NCBI GenBank assembly: GCA_038206295.1
Contig: JBBRAZ010000002.1
Coordinates: forward strand, 39,267-103,266
Source of the DNA: Acidimicrobiales bacterium
GTDB taxonomy: Bacteria; Actinomycetota; Acidimicrobiia; Acidimicrobiales; JBBRAZ01
Direction: 5' to 3'
DNA length: 64,000 bases
The notes under the pieces are model-generated. The model ran no database searches, was not told the DNA's origin, and saw only the letters and a list, made by a program, of their open reading frames with translations. Numbering within the stretch: position 1 is the first letter of the stretch; every line of letters starts with the position of its first letter. Positions 1-9,256 of the stretch are shown here, in pieces. The translations under genes were made by a program, and so were the position numbers.

Positions 1-954
1 ACCTTCGACGGCGCGCCCGACTGGCCCGACGCCGGCCGGCTGTGGTCGCTCGTCGCCCGCCACCAGCTCACGTTCTGCGGGGTGTCGCCGACGCTCGTGC
101 GGGCCCTGGCCGCGGCCGGTGACGAGCACGTCGACGCCGACGCGCTCGGGTCGCTGCGCGCGTTCGGCTCCACGGGGGAGCCGTGGAACGAGGCGCCGTG
201 GTGGTGGCTGTTCGACCGGGTGGGGCAGCGTCGCCTGCCGATCATCAACCTGTCGGGCGGCACCGAGGTCGGCGCCTGCCTCCTGTCGGTGAACCTGCTG
301 GCGGGCTGCGTGCCCTGCTCGGTCGGGGGACCGGCGCTCGGTGTCCCCGTCGACGTCGTCGACGACGACGGACGCTCGGTTCGCGGCACCGGCGCGGTCG
401 GCGAGTTGGTGGTGCGCGGCGCGTGGCCCGGCATGACCCGCGGCATCTGGGGCGACGACGACCGCTACCTCGACACCTACTGGTCGCGCCTCGCCGGCAC
501 GTGGTGGCACGGCGACTGGGCCGAGGTCGACGACGGCGGACACTGGTTCCTGCACGGCCGCAGCGACGACACGCTGAACGTGGCGGGCAAGCGCATCGGC
601 CCCGCCGAGATCGAGTCCGCCGCGGTCGGCGTCGACGGCATCGCCACGGCCGCCGCGGTCGGGCTGCCGCACCCGGTGAAGGGCGAGGTGATCGCGCTCT
701 GGTGCGTGCCGGGCGCGGGACGAGACGGCGACGGCGCGCTGGCCGATGCGGTCGCCGACGCGGTGGTGGCGTCCTTCGGCAAGGCGTTCCGCCCCTCGCT
801 CGTGCGCTTCGTCGACGCGCTCCCGCACACCCGGTCGGGGAAGGTGGTGCGACGCGCCGTGCGGGCCCGCGCCACGGGCACCGACCCCGGCGACCTCTCC
901 ACCCTCGAGAACCCGGCGGCGCTCGACGCGATCGACGCGGTGGCGCTGGCGTGA
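1..954 (+). CDS. AMP-dependent synthetase/ligase (acyl-/acetyl-CoA synthetase-like), C-terminal part; the 5' end lies outside the window
   Basis: Frame 1 is open from base 1 to the TGA at 952-954. Adenylate-forming enzyme motifs are present: STGEPW, GGTEVG, GELVVRG, HGRSDDTLNVAGKRIGPAEIESA, and a C-terminal RSGKVVRR lysine motif. Confidence 0.8.
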   Translation, partial: TFDGAPDWPDAGRLWSLVARHQLTFCGVSPTLVRALAAAGDEHVDADALGSLRAFGSTGEPWNEAPWWWLFDRVGQRRLPIINLSGGTEVGACLLSVNLLAGCVPCSVGGPALGVPVDVVDDDGRSVRGTGAVGELVVRGAWPGMTRGIWGDDDRYLDTYWSRLAGTWWHGDWAEVDDGGHWFLHGRSDDTLNVAGKRIGPAEIESAAVGVDGIATAAAVGLPHPVKGEVIALWCVPGAGRDGDGALADAVADAVVASFGKAFRPSLVRFVDALPHTRSGKVVRRAVRARATGTDPGDLSTLENPAALDAIDAVALA

Positions 955-1949
955 TCGACCTCCACGCCCACGTCGTGCTCGAGGGGGCGCTCGGCGCCGC
1001 CGGCGACCTCGGTCCGTTCCTCGACGACGGCGACGAGGCCGCGGGGCGTCCGCCGTGCTTCCGCGTCGGCGGCTACGAGCTCCACGGCGTGCGCTACCGC
1101 GGCACGCCGTTCATGGACCTGGGCGCCCGCCTCGAGCGCATGGACGCGCTCGGCATCGAGCTGCAGGTGCTGTCGCCCAACCCGCTCACGTTCCTGTCGC
1201 ACGTCGACGCCCCCGTCGCCGCCGGCTTCTGCCGCCGCCACAACGACGAGCTCGCTGCGCTCGTGGCGCACGCCCCCGACCGGCTCGCTGGCTGCGCGCA
1301 GCTCCCCATGCAGGATCCCGCCGCCGCGGTCGCCGAGCTCGAGCGCGCCGTCGGCGACCTCGGGCTCCTCGCCCCCTACCTCGGCACCGACCTCGGGCGC
1401 CCGCTCGACGACCCCGCCTTCGACGACGTGTGGGCCGCGTGCTGCGCGCTCGACGTGCCCGTGCTGCTGCACCCCGCGCCCGACGGCATCGACCGGCCTC
1501 GACGCGACGAGCGCCTGGCGCGCTTCGACGGCGACCTGTGGATCGGCTTCCTGCACGAGGAGACGATCGCGGTGGCGACCCTCGTGCTCGGCGGCGTGCT
1601 CGACCGGCACCCGCGCCTCGACGTGTGCGTCAGTCACGGCGGCGGCGCCACCTCGTGGCTGGCGGAGCGCATGGCGCACGGCGCGCGGACGCGCGGCTGG
1701 GGCGGCGCGGCGCTCGCCGAGGAGGGCGCGGTGGCCGAGCGGCTCGCCCGCCTGTGGTGGGACGCGCACGTCGGCGGCCCGGCGGCGCTCGGCGCGCTGG
1801 TCGCCGCGTTCGGCACCGAGCACCTCGTCGCCGGCACCAACCTCGCCGGGTGGGACCAGACCGCCGACCCGTCGCACGGCGACGCCGCGCTGGCCGACGT
1901 GCTCGACGCCAACGCCCGCCGCCTGCTGCGCCTAGATCGGCGGCGGTGA
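951..1949 (+). CDS. amidohydrolase-2 family metal-dependent hydrolase/decarboxylase (ACMSD-like)
   Basis: The GTG at 951 overlaps the upstream TGA (GTGA). The N-terminal metal motif is VIDLHAHVV. LHPAPDG and SHGGG motifs sit late in the protein. The upstream part of the 183..1949 ORF is Arg-rich shadow sequence. Confidence 0.75.
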   Translation: MIDLHAHVVLEGALGAAGDLGPFLDDGDEAAGRPPCFRVGGYELHGVRYRGTPFMDLGARLERMDALGIELQVLSPNPLTFLSHVDAPVAAGFCRRHNDELAALVAHAPDRLAGCAQLPMQDPAAAVAELERAVGDLGLLAPYLGTDLGRPLDDPAFDDVWAACCALDVPVLLHPAPDGIDRPRRDERLARFDGDLWIGFLHEETIAVATLVLGGVLDRHPRLDVCVSHGGGATSWLAERMAHGARTRGWGGAALAEEGAVAERLARLWWDAHVGGPAALGALVAAFGTEHLVAGTNLAGWDQTADPSHGDAALADVLDANARRLLRLDRRR

Positions 1950-2019
1950 GCAGGGAGGGCCGCGCGCAGCGGCGATCAGCAGGGTCCGCGCCGCCGGCGC
2001 GGCGACGGAGGAGGACGAC

Positions 2020-2775
2020 ATGGATCTCGGGCTAGCGGGTCGACGAGCGCTCGTCGCCGGATCGTCGGCCGGGCTCGGCCTCGAGGCGGCGCGCGCGCTC
2101 ACCGCCGAGGGCGCGCGCGTCGCGCTCAACGGGCGCGACCCGGCGCGGCTCGAGGCCGCGGTCGAGCAGCTGCGCGCCGCGGGCGGCGACGTCGTCGGCG
2201 TGCCCGGCGACGTGTCGACGCCCGAGGGCGCCGCCGCGCTGGTGCAGGCGGCGACCGAGGCGCTCGGCGGCCTCGACGTGCTCGTCGCCAACGCCGGCGG
2301 CCCCCCGTCGGGCACGTTCGCCACGACGACGATCGACGCCTACCGCGCCGCGCTCGAGCTCAACCTGCTGTCGACGGTCGCCATGTGCCAGGCGGCGGTG
2401 CCCGCGATGCAGGCGCAGCGCTGGGGCCGCGTCGTGGCCATCACGTCCATCGGGGTGCGTCAGCCCATCGGCACGCTCATGGCCTCGACCACCGCGCGCA
2501 CCGGCCTCACCGGGTTCCTCAAGGTGCTCGCCACCGAGGTCGCCGCCGACGGCGTGACGGTGAGCTCCGTGCAGCCGGGCGTGCATGCCACCGACCGCCT
2601 GGCGTCGCTGGCGCCCGAGGCGCTCGCTTCGCTGCGCGTCGACATCCCCGGCGGCGAGCTCGGCGACCCTGCCGACTTCGGTCGGGTGGTCGCCTTCCTG
2701 TGCAGCGACAGCGCGCGCTTCATCACGGGCACGAGCGTGCTCGTCGACGGCGGCGCGTCGCGCGGCCTGCTCTGA
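2020..2775 (+). CDS. SDR-family oxidoreductase (3-oxoacyl-ACP reductase-like)
   Basis: 251 aa. It has the glycine-rich dinucleotide motif ALVAGSSAGLG, NAGG, and typical SDR length and C-terminus (FITGTSVLVDGG). Confidence 0.9.
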   Translation: MDLGLAGRRALVAGSSAGLGLEAARALTAEGARVALNGRDPARLEAAVEQLRAAGGDVVGVPGDVSTPEGAAALVQAATEALGGLDVLVANAGGPPSGTFATTTIDAYRAALELNLLSTVAMCQAAVPAMQAQRWGRVVAITSIGVRQPIGTLMASTTARTGLTGFLKVLATEVAADGVTVSSVQPGVHATDRLASLAPEALASLRVDIPGGELGDPADFGRVVAFLCSDSARFITGTSVLVDGGASRGLL

Positions 2776-2812
2776 GCGTCCCTCGTTCGGCGGCCCGCCG
2801 GGTCGCCGGCGC

Positions 2813-3865
2813 TCAGCCCATCGGGTGGGCGGCGAAGAACGACCAGATGGTGTCGCTGGCGTCGATCTCGTCGGTCGCCGGGCCGAGGATCGCCGTGCTG
2901 GCGGCGGCGAACGCGCTGCCGGGCCACGTGTGGCCGGCGCCGTCGAGCACGTAGAGCTCGACGTCCGCGCCGCCCTCGCAGCCCCCGTAGGCCACGACCT
3001 CGACGTGCGTCGCCGCGGCGGTGCTGGACGGCTCGGCGTCGCACCCGTTGCGGCTCGCCCAGGTGGCCGCCGCGTCGCGCACGTCGCCGAACGGCAGCCC
3101 GTCGAACGCCCGGGTGCTGTCCTCGTCCCAGGTGAGGTCCTCGAGGCCCGGGTTCGGCGGCCCGGCGAAGGAGACCAGCTGGTCCTCGGTGCCGTGCATG
3201 GCGAGGACGGGCATCGGGCGGGCCGGGTCGCAGCCCGCCGGGTCCTGCAGGCCCGAGAGCGCGGCGACGGCCGCCACGCGGTCTGCGAGGCGGCACGCGG
3301 CGAGCGAGGTGAGGAACGCCCCGTTCGAGAAGCCGTCCACGTAGACGCGGTCTGGGTCGATGCAGACGCTCTGGCCCACGTCGTCGAGGACGTCCTCGAC
3401 GAAGGCGAGGTCGTCGGGCAGGTCGTCGTGCGGCACGGCGTTCCAGTACGGCATGTCGCCGGAGCCCTGCGGGGTGACCACCACGAAGCCCTCCCGGTCG
3501 GCGACCACCCCCATGTCGCTCATCGCCGCCTGGCCCGCCGCGCCGCTGAGGTAGCCGTGCAGCTCGATCACGAGCGGGACGGGCTCGCCGTCGTAGGTCG
3601 GCGGCACCCACCGCGAGTACCAGCGCTCGGCGTCGTCGCCGGCGACGTCCACCTGCTCGTGCGCCGAGCGCTCGCCCAGCTCGGCGGGGTCCGCGTCGCA
3701 GCCCGCGCCGCCGCCGGGTGCCGGCGCGGCCTCGGTGGTGGTCGGCGCGGTCGTGGCGCCGCCCGTCGAGGTCGACGGGGTGGCGACGTCGTCGCCGCCG
3801 CAGCTGGCGAGCAGCGCCAGGACCGCCAGCAGCGCGGCGATCGACGAGCGCCTCGTGCCGGTCAC
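2813..3865 (-). CDS. secreted esterase lipoprotein, PHB-depolymerase/LpqC-like alpha/beta hydrolase
   Basis: Signal peptide with lipobox (LLASCGG). Nucleophile elbow is GFSNGAF. There is an HGTED segment. Its start overlaps the stop of the upstream carotenoid oxygenase gene by 4 nt. Confidence 0.7.
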   Translation of the reverse strand: MTGTRRSSIAALLAVLALLASCGGDDVATPSTSTGGATTAPTTTEAAPAPGGGAGCDADPAELGERSAHEQVDVAGDDAERWYSRWVPPTYDGEPVPLVIELHGYLSGAAGQAAMSDMGVVADREGFVVVTPQGSGDMPYWNAVPHDDLPDDLAFVEDVLDDVGQSVCIDPDRVYVDGFSNGAFLTSLAACRLADRVAAVAALSGLQDPAGCDPARPMPVLAMHGTEDQLVSFAGPPNPGLEDLTWDEDSTRAFDGLPFGDVRDAAATWASRNGCDAEPSSTAAATHVEVVAYGGCEGGADVELYVLDGAGHTWPGSAFAAASTAILGPATDEIDASDTIWSFFAAHPMG

Positions 3866-5298
3866 GCCGGGTCACCGAACCAGTTGGCGTGGAAGCCGAA
3901 CGGCACGCGGCGCGGCAGGTGCACCGTGGCGATCGGCCCGGCGGCGACGTCGTGCGCGTCGAGCACGACGAGGTCGCTGGCGTCGCGGCTGTCGTCGTAG
4001 ACGATGTTGAGGATCCAGCCGTCGTCTTCGGCGGTGCCGTCGGGGTCCGGGGCGAAGACGTTCTCGCCCACGTGGCCGTGCGGGCCCGATGACCACATCG
4101 TGCGGCTGCCGTCGGTCTCGTCGTACTTGACGATGGTGTCGAAGTCGCCGATCGGGCGGTCCGGCTCGGTGAACGCCGACATGTACAGCCACCGGGCGCG
4201 CACGCCGTTGTAGTCGTCGTTGATGCGGTTGAAGTCGCCGGGGAGGTCGTCGATCGGCTCCCAGCCGGCGGTGCCCTTCGCCAGGTCGACCCAGAAGCGC
4301 GCCGGGCGACCGGACTCGCCGTCGGTGGTTGACTCGTCGAGCGGGGCGTCGGGCTCGATGCCGAAGTCGGGGGCGTCGAAGCGCGAGCCGGACAGCTCGA
4401 GGCGGTCGCCCTCCACCCAGCCGCTCCAGAAGTGCTGGATGTGGCCCGGCTCCACCTCGTACCAGGTGACGTCGTCCGCGCCGCCGAGCCGCGGCATGAC
4501 GCCGATCCGGGTGCCGTTCTCGGGCTTCCACGACACCATCGGGCCCTGGCCGATCGTCTCGACGTTGAACACGATGGGGGAGTCGAGGAAGACGGTGTGG
4601 TGCTCGGTGATCACGAAGTCGTGCATCATCACCGGCGCCGGCAAGTCGATGGCTGCCTTGTGCACCAGCGCACCGGTCGCGTCCACGACGTAGTACCGCA
4701 GGTACGGGGCGAACATCGAGTAGGCGAAGAAGAACATCTCGCCGGTGCGCGGGTCGAGGCGGGGGTGCGCGGTCATGGCGCCGCGGAGCTTCCCGCCGAA
4801 GTCGTACTCGCCGATGGTGTCGAGCTGCGGCGTCACCTCGGTGGGCAGCCCGCCCTCCCACAGCGCCAGGTAGTGGCCGGCGTGGCGGATGATGTGCGTG
4901 TTGGCCGGGTTCTTCACTGGCCCGGCGTCGCCGGTGAGCGCGGCGTCGGGGAAGTCGAGCACGTTGCCGAGGCCCGGGTACACGGCGTGGCCCAGCGCGA
5001 CCTCGGCGCCGAGGCCGCGCGAGCGGATCCACCGGTTGCGGTACGAGACGCGGCCGTCGCCGAACGTGACGCCGTGCAGCATCCCGTCGCCGTCGAACAT
5101 GTGGTAGCGGCCGAGGGGCTCGAAGGCCGGGTTGGGGCCGTTGCGCACGAAGCTGCCGCGCAGCCCCGCCGGCAGGTCGCCGGTCACCGCGCAGCGATCC
5201 ACGTCGAGCTCGTCGCCGACGGGGAACAGGTTCCCCGCGAGCGCCGGCTGGTGGCCGGCGTTGGTGACCGTGCTGGTGAGGGTGTGGAGGTCGCTCAT
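3862..5298 (-). CDS. carotenoid oxygenase family protein (carotenoid/apocarotenoid cleavage dioxygenase)
   Basis: 478 aa. Family hallmarks are NGPNPAFEP...YHMFDGDGMLH, ANTHII, MMHDF, and a C-terminal LVVLDA...GPIATVHLPRRVPFGFHANW. Confidence 0.9.
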   Translation of the reverse strand: MSDLHTLTSTVTNAGHQPALAGNLFPVGDELDVDRCAVTGDLPAGLRGSFVRNGPNPAFEPLGRYHMFDGDGMLHGVTFGDGRVSYRNRWIRSRGLGAEVALGHAVYPGLGNVLDFPDAALTGDAGPVKNPANTHIIRHAGHYLALWEGGLPTEVTPQLDTIGEYDFGGKLRGAMTAHPRLDPRTGEMFFFAYSMFAPYLRYYVVDATGALVHKAAIDLPAPVMMHDFVITEHHTVFLDSPIVFNVETIGQGPMVSWKPENGTRIGVMPRLGGADDVTWYEVEPGHIQHFWSGWVEGDRLELSGSRFDAPDFGIEPDAPLDESTTDGESGRPARFWVDLAKGTAGWEPIDDLPGDFNRINDDYNGVRARWLYMSAFTEPDRPIGDFDTIVKYDETDGSRTMWSSGPHGHVGENVFAPDPDGTAEDDGWILNIVYDDSRDASDLVVLDAHDVAAGPIATVHLPRRVPFGFHANWFGDPA

Positions 5299-5356
5299 GG
5301 TGTGGGTCCCGTCGTGTGGGGGGTGGAGGGGTCGTGCGCGGGTGGCGGGCGTCGGG

Positions 5357-7081
5357 TCACTGCTGGATCTCGTCGAGCTCGGCGGCGACCTCGCGGATCG
5401 CGCCGTGCAGCTCGGTGGGCACCTTCGCCATGAGCTCGTCGCTCAGCTCGTCGGAGAAGCGCAGGCGCTCGGCATCCGCGAGCTCGGTGCTCGCCGGCAT
5501 CCACGAGGAGTGCAGCACCAGCGGCACGCACTCGTTGTTGGTGCCCTTGAGCACCGCGATGGGCCCGGCGCCGACCGCGGCGGCGTCGAACAGCTCGACG
5601 CGGAACCCGTCGTCGGAGCACACGGGTTGGATCACGTAGCCGTCGTGGCCGCCGGGCTCGCCGCCCGCGTAGGCGCTCTGGCCCGGGGTGGCGCCGACGT
5701 TGCGCGGGGCGAAGGTGGGCGAGGTGATGTGGTCGCCGAGGTCGCTGTACTCCCAGCGGGCCTTCAGCTCCATCGAGCCCCGCTCGAAGGTGGCGAGCAC
5801 GCCGGGCGTCTCCTCGCGCACCTGGTCGAGGTCGATGCGGCCCTCGTAGAGCTTCGCAGCGCGCTGGGAGATGTTGCCGGGCCGGCACCCCTGGTAGCTG
5901 ACGTGGTGCAGCGTGGGGTTCGTCTGGCCCTCGACGCTCCAGTCCATCGCGGAGAGCTGCAGGTTGAACGTCCAGTCGCTCTTGTAGATGCCGCGCTCGA
6001 TCGCCTTGCCGGTAACCGGGTCGAACAGCACCTCGACGATCGTCTCGGGCGCCATCGCCATGTTGTAGAGGCCGACCGCGGCCGGGTCGACGGGGTTGCC
6101 GTTGACGTCGAGGTCACCGGGCTTCAGGTAGAGCGCGAGGTCCATGAGGTCCATGCCCTCCCACACCACCGAGATGCCGTCGCGGTCCTCCCAGCGGGCG
6201 TAGAAGTGGCCGGTCGGGGGCGACATGCGCAGCGCCACCGGGGTGATCGGCGTGCCCGATGCCAGCCCCTCGAGCTGGTCCTTGCGCACCAGCCACACGT
6301 CGACCTCGTCGTCGATGGTGAGCTCGCGCTCGCCGCCGAACATCTCGGCCGGGTCGGGCTTGAAGTTGCCGGAGTCCGCCAGGATCACCCAGTCGCGAGT
6401 CTGGCTCACGGTGTGGGTCGAGCCGCCGAAGGCGATGCCCTCCAGCGGCCACCACTTCACCTGGGTGCCATCCGCGCGGTTGTAGCGCACGACGGCGGGG
6501 CGCATGCCGAAGGTGGGCTCCATGACGAAGTCGAGCTTCACGCTCCACAAGCAGTCGCGGTCGGGGTCCGCGACGGGGTGCGCGCTCGAGAGGATGAAGG
6601 GGAGCACGCCGGGCATGTCCATGGAGCTGCCGCCCCACGAGTCGAGGTGGCCGACCTCGGCCACGAACTCCATGGTGTCGGGGTGCAGCTCGACGGGCCG
6701 GCCGGCGTCCCAGGTGGTGTAGAGGCGCCCGCCCCACGGCAGCGGCGCGGTGTTCGACGCGTTGGTCGAGCCGAAGGGCGACTGGTAGCCGATGCCGCTG
6801 GGGGCGAAGTGCTCGGGCATGCGGTTCCACAGCCGCTTGCCGGGCGTCTCGATGGAGCGCACCTGCCAGGCGAAGCGGTCGGGCGCTGCGCCACGGGTGC
6901 CGGCATCGAGCGACAGCCGGCAGATGGAGCCCCAGTTGAAGATGGCGTAGTCCATCTTTCCGTCGTTCTGCGGGCTCGAGAACACCATGTCGCCGCTGAT
7001 GTCGCTCGGCCACGTGCCGGCGACGACCTCGAGCTCGAAGTCCTGGTGGGCGGCGGTGGTGAGCGTGCGTGGTGCTGGCAT
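5357..7081 (-). CDS. divergent carotenoid-oxygenase-family (beta-propeller dioxygenase-like) protein
   Basis: 574 aa. The C-terminus (GYVIQPVCSDDGFRVELFDAAAVGAGPIAVLKG...LVLHSSWMP) follows the same pattern as carotenoid oxygenase C-termini. It sits in tandem with 3862..5298. The assignment is weaker than for its neighbour. Confidence 0.55.
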   Translation of the reverse strand: MPAPRTLTTAAHQDFELEVVAGTWPSDISGDMVFSSPQNDGKMDYAIFNWGSICRLSLDAGTRGAAPDRFAWQVRSIETPGKRLWNRMPEHFAPSGIGYQSPFGSTNASNTAPLPWGGRLYTTWDAGRPVELHPDTMEFVAEVGHLDSWGGSSMDMPGVLPFILSSAHPVADPDRDCLWSVKLDFVMEPTFGMRPAVVRYNRADGTQVKWWPLEGIAFGGSTHTVSQTRDWVILADSGNFKPDPAEMFGGERELTIDDEVDVWLVRKDQLEGLASGTPITPVALRMSPPTGHFYARWEDRDGISVVWEGMDLMDLALYLKPGDLDVNGNPVDPAAVGLYNMAMAPETIVEVLFDPVTGKAIERGIYKSDWTFNLQLSAMDWSVEGQTNPTLHHVSYQGCRPGNISQRAAKLYEGRIDLDQVREETPGVLATFERGSMELKARWEYSDLGDHITSPTFAPRNVGATPGQSAYAGGEPGGHDGYVIQPVCSDDGFRVELFDAAAVGAGPIAVLKGTNNECVPLVLHSSWMPASTELADAERLRFSDELSDELMAKVPTELHGAIREVAAELDEIQQ

Positions 7082-7141
7082 GGTTCCCCCGGTGTGCGTG
7101 GCGCCGTCGTCGGCGAAGCCCGTCGGCTAGCCTGGTGAACA

Positions 7142-7999
7142 GTGTTTACCACAGGGGGAGCAGCACGCGAAGGGGGTCCGTCGGCGGCCCTCGGTGCGCA
7201 GGTCGCGCCCCTCTCGCGTCGCGGGCTGCGCGGCCGCCGGGCCCTGAAGCGCTTCCTCTATGCGCAGATGGCGCTGCGCCAGGGCCTCATGATCGCCCTC
7301 GGCAAGGAGCAGCCGCTCCTGCCGTTCACCGTGGAGGCCGAGCCGCCGTCGGTGTACTGGGTCTTCCGCATCCGCGCCGATGCGGTCGACGGGCTCGCAG
7401 CGCGCCTCGGCCTGCCCGAACACCTGGTGCCGGTGCCGATCAGCTGCCTGGAGGGGGAGGAGCCCGCCCACCTCCTCACGCTCAACGTGTACCGGGTGTC
7501 GGGCCTCACCAACGGGGTGCGCGCCGAGTGGTCGCTGTACGTCAGCGACGCCGGCAGCCCGCCGCGCTACCTCATCGTCGACGCCCGCTCGTCGACCACG
7601 TCGATGGACCCGATCAGCATCATCACGAAGGCCACGCCGGTGACCCACGAGCGCGACGGCGACGTGTTGCGCACCGTCGTGGGCGACCGGGCGAGCGCGT
7701 TCCGCTGCACCCTGCAGCTGCCGAGCGGCGAGCAGCCCCCGCTGGTGCGCGCGGCGCCGGCGTGGGTCACCGCCAACGACTCGATCTACTGGGGCAACGG
7801 CGTCAGCGATCGCACCTACTACGACGCCGGCATGGCCGACGCCCGCCAGATCGACCTCCCGGCCGCCGCAGCGACGATCGATGACGGCACGCCGTGGGCG
7901 ACGATCGTGGATCCCGATCCCGTGCACGTCCTGGTCCTCCTCGACAAGATCGAGCTCGTGATCTCGCCGTGGGAGAACATCGACCGCCTCCGCCGCTGA
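7142..7999 (+). CDS. hypothetical protein (start uncertain; GTG 7142 or ATG 7268)
   Basis: The composition is non-shadow, unlike the overlapping Arg/Pro-rich ORFs. It is divergent from the oxygenase pair and directly upstream of the Rieske oxygenase gene. Confidence 0.5.
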   Translation: MFTTGGAAREGGPSAALGAQVAPLSRRGLRGRRALKRFLYAQMALRQGLMIALGKEQPLLPFTVEAEPPSVYWVFRIRADAVDGLAARLGLPEHLVPVPISCLEGEEPAHLLTLNVYRVSGLTNGVRAEWSLYVSDAGSPPRYLIVDARSSTTSMDPISIITKATPVTHERDGDVLRTVVGDRASAFRCTLQLPSGEQPPLVRAAPAWVTANDSIYWGNGVSDRTYYDAGMADARQIDLPAAAATIDDGTPWATIVDPDPVHVLVLLDKIELVISPWENIDRLRR

Positions 8000-8041
8000 A
8001 CCTTCGCCGCCCGCACCACGACCGATCCACGAGGGGACCCC

Positions 8042-9256
8042 ATGGACACCGACGTCGAGCAGATGATCCGCACCCGCATCGAGGGCGAGAAGGCGCGCAC
8101 CGCTCCGCCGCCCGAGGCGATCCCCGTGCCGCTGATCCCGACGGAGCGCTACACCGACCCCGCGTTCTACGCGCTGGAGATGGAGCGCATCTTCCACCGC
8201 ACGTGGCTGTTCGCCGGCCACGAGAGCGAGTGGCCCGAGTCCGGCTCCTACCGGCAGTTCGACCGGTCCGGCTCGCCCCTGGTCGTGGTGCGCGGCACCG
8301 ACGGCGAGCTGCGCGCCTTCTACAACTCGTGCCGGCACCGCGGCGCCCCGGTGACCCGCGACGCGTGCGGCACCTCCAAGCGCCTCACCTGCCAGTACCA
8401 CTCGTGGTCGTACGACACCGAGGGCGTGCTGCGCGCGGTGCCCGACCAGCGCTCGTTCGCCGGCATCGACAAGGACGAGCTCGGGCTGGTGCCCGTGTCG
8501 TGCGAGACGTGGGAGGGCTGGGTGTTCGTGAACGAGGACGCCGACGCCGCGCCGCTCATCGACCAGCTCGGGGCGATCACGACGCTCATGGCCGACATCG
8601 ACGGCCCGTCGCTGCGCTCGGTGGAGCGCCGCGTGCACCGCGTCGAGGCCAACTGGAAGCTCATGGTCGACGCCTTCCTCGAGGTGTACCACATCCGCAC
8701 GATCCACCCGGAGAGCGCGGCGCTGCTCTACGACGACCAGTCGGTGACCGTCGCCATGCTGCCGGGCGGCAACAGCCGCCTCACCGTCGAGAAGCGCGAG
8801 GCGCTGCGCGACTTCGCCATGGTGCCCGAGCACCTCGACAACCCGTCGGTGCCGCTGCTGTGGCGCCAGACCTCCACGTCGTTCGGCATCTTCCCGAACC
8901 TGGTGGTGCCGATGGACTCCGGCGCGTTCACCGTCATGTGCATGTGGCCGGTCGACGAGCGCACCACCGATCTCGAGCTGTGCTGGTACGCGCCGGCGTG
9001 GGAGGGCGACGACGTCCCGCCGGAGTACGTCGGCCTGCTCGATCTCTACGACACCGTCATGGCGCAGGACCAGGCCAACATGGCCCCGATCCAGGCATCG
9101 ATCGAGTCGCCCGGTGCCCGGCCGTTCCAGCTCGGGTGGCACGAGCGGCTGCTCCACCACTTCCAGCGCGCCGTCGACCTCGCCATCGGTGAGGACCGGC
9201 TGCCGCCGGGGACCGCGGTGTCCGGGGAGCTCGACCGCTTCGTCGAGCCGATCTGA
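8042..9256 (+). CDS. aromatic ring-hydroxylating (Rieske non-heme iron) oxygenase, alpha subunit
   Basis: Rieske [2Fe-2S] motif CRHRG-x17-CQYHSW. The catalytic-domain region is EVYHIRTIHP. Confidence 0.9.
   Translation: MDTDVEQMIRTRIEGEKARTAPPPEAIPVPLIPTERYTDPAFYALEMERIFHRTWLFAGHESEWPESGSYRQFDRSGSPLVVVRGTDGELRAFYNSCRHRGAPVTRDACGTSKRLTCQYHSWSYDTEGVLRAVPDQRSFAGIDKDELGLVPVSCETWEGWVFVNEDADAAPLIDQLGAITTLMADIDGPSLRSVERRVHRVEANWKLMVDAFLEVYHIRTIHPESAALLYDDQSVTVAMLPGGNSRLTVEKREALRDFAMVPEHLDNPSVPLLWRQTSTSFGIFPNLVVPMDSGAFTVMCMWPVDERTTDLELCWYAPAWEGDDVPPEYVGLLDLYDTVMAQDQANMAPIQASIESPGARPFQLGWHERLLHHFQRAVDLAIGEDRLPPGTAVSGELDRFVEPI

Noticed and set aside
183-950. The N-terminal 256 codons of the 588-aa ORF 183..1949.
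   Set aside because: The sequence is Arg/Gly/Pro-rich shadow of the genuine frame-1 ligase gene. The amidohydrolase motif begins only at GTG 951.
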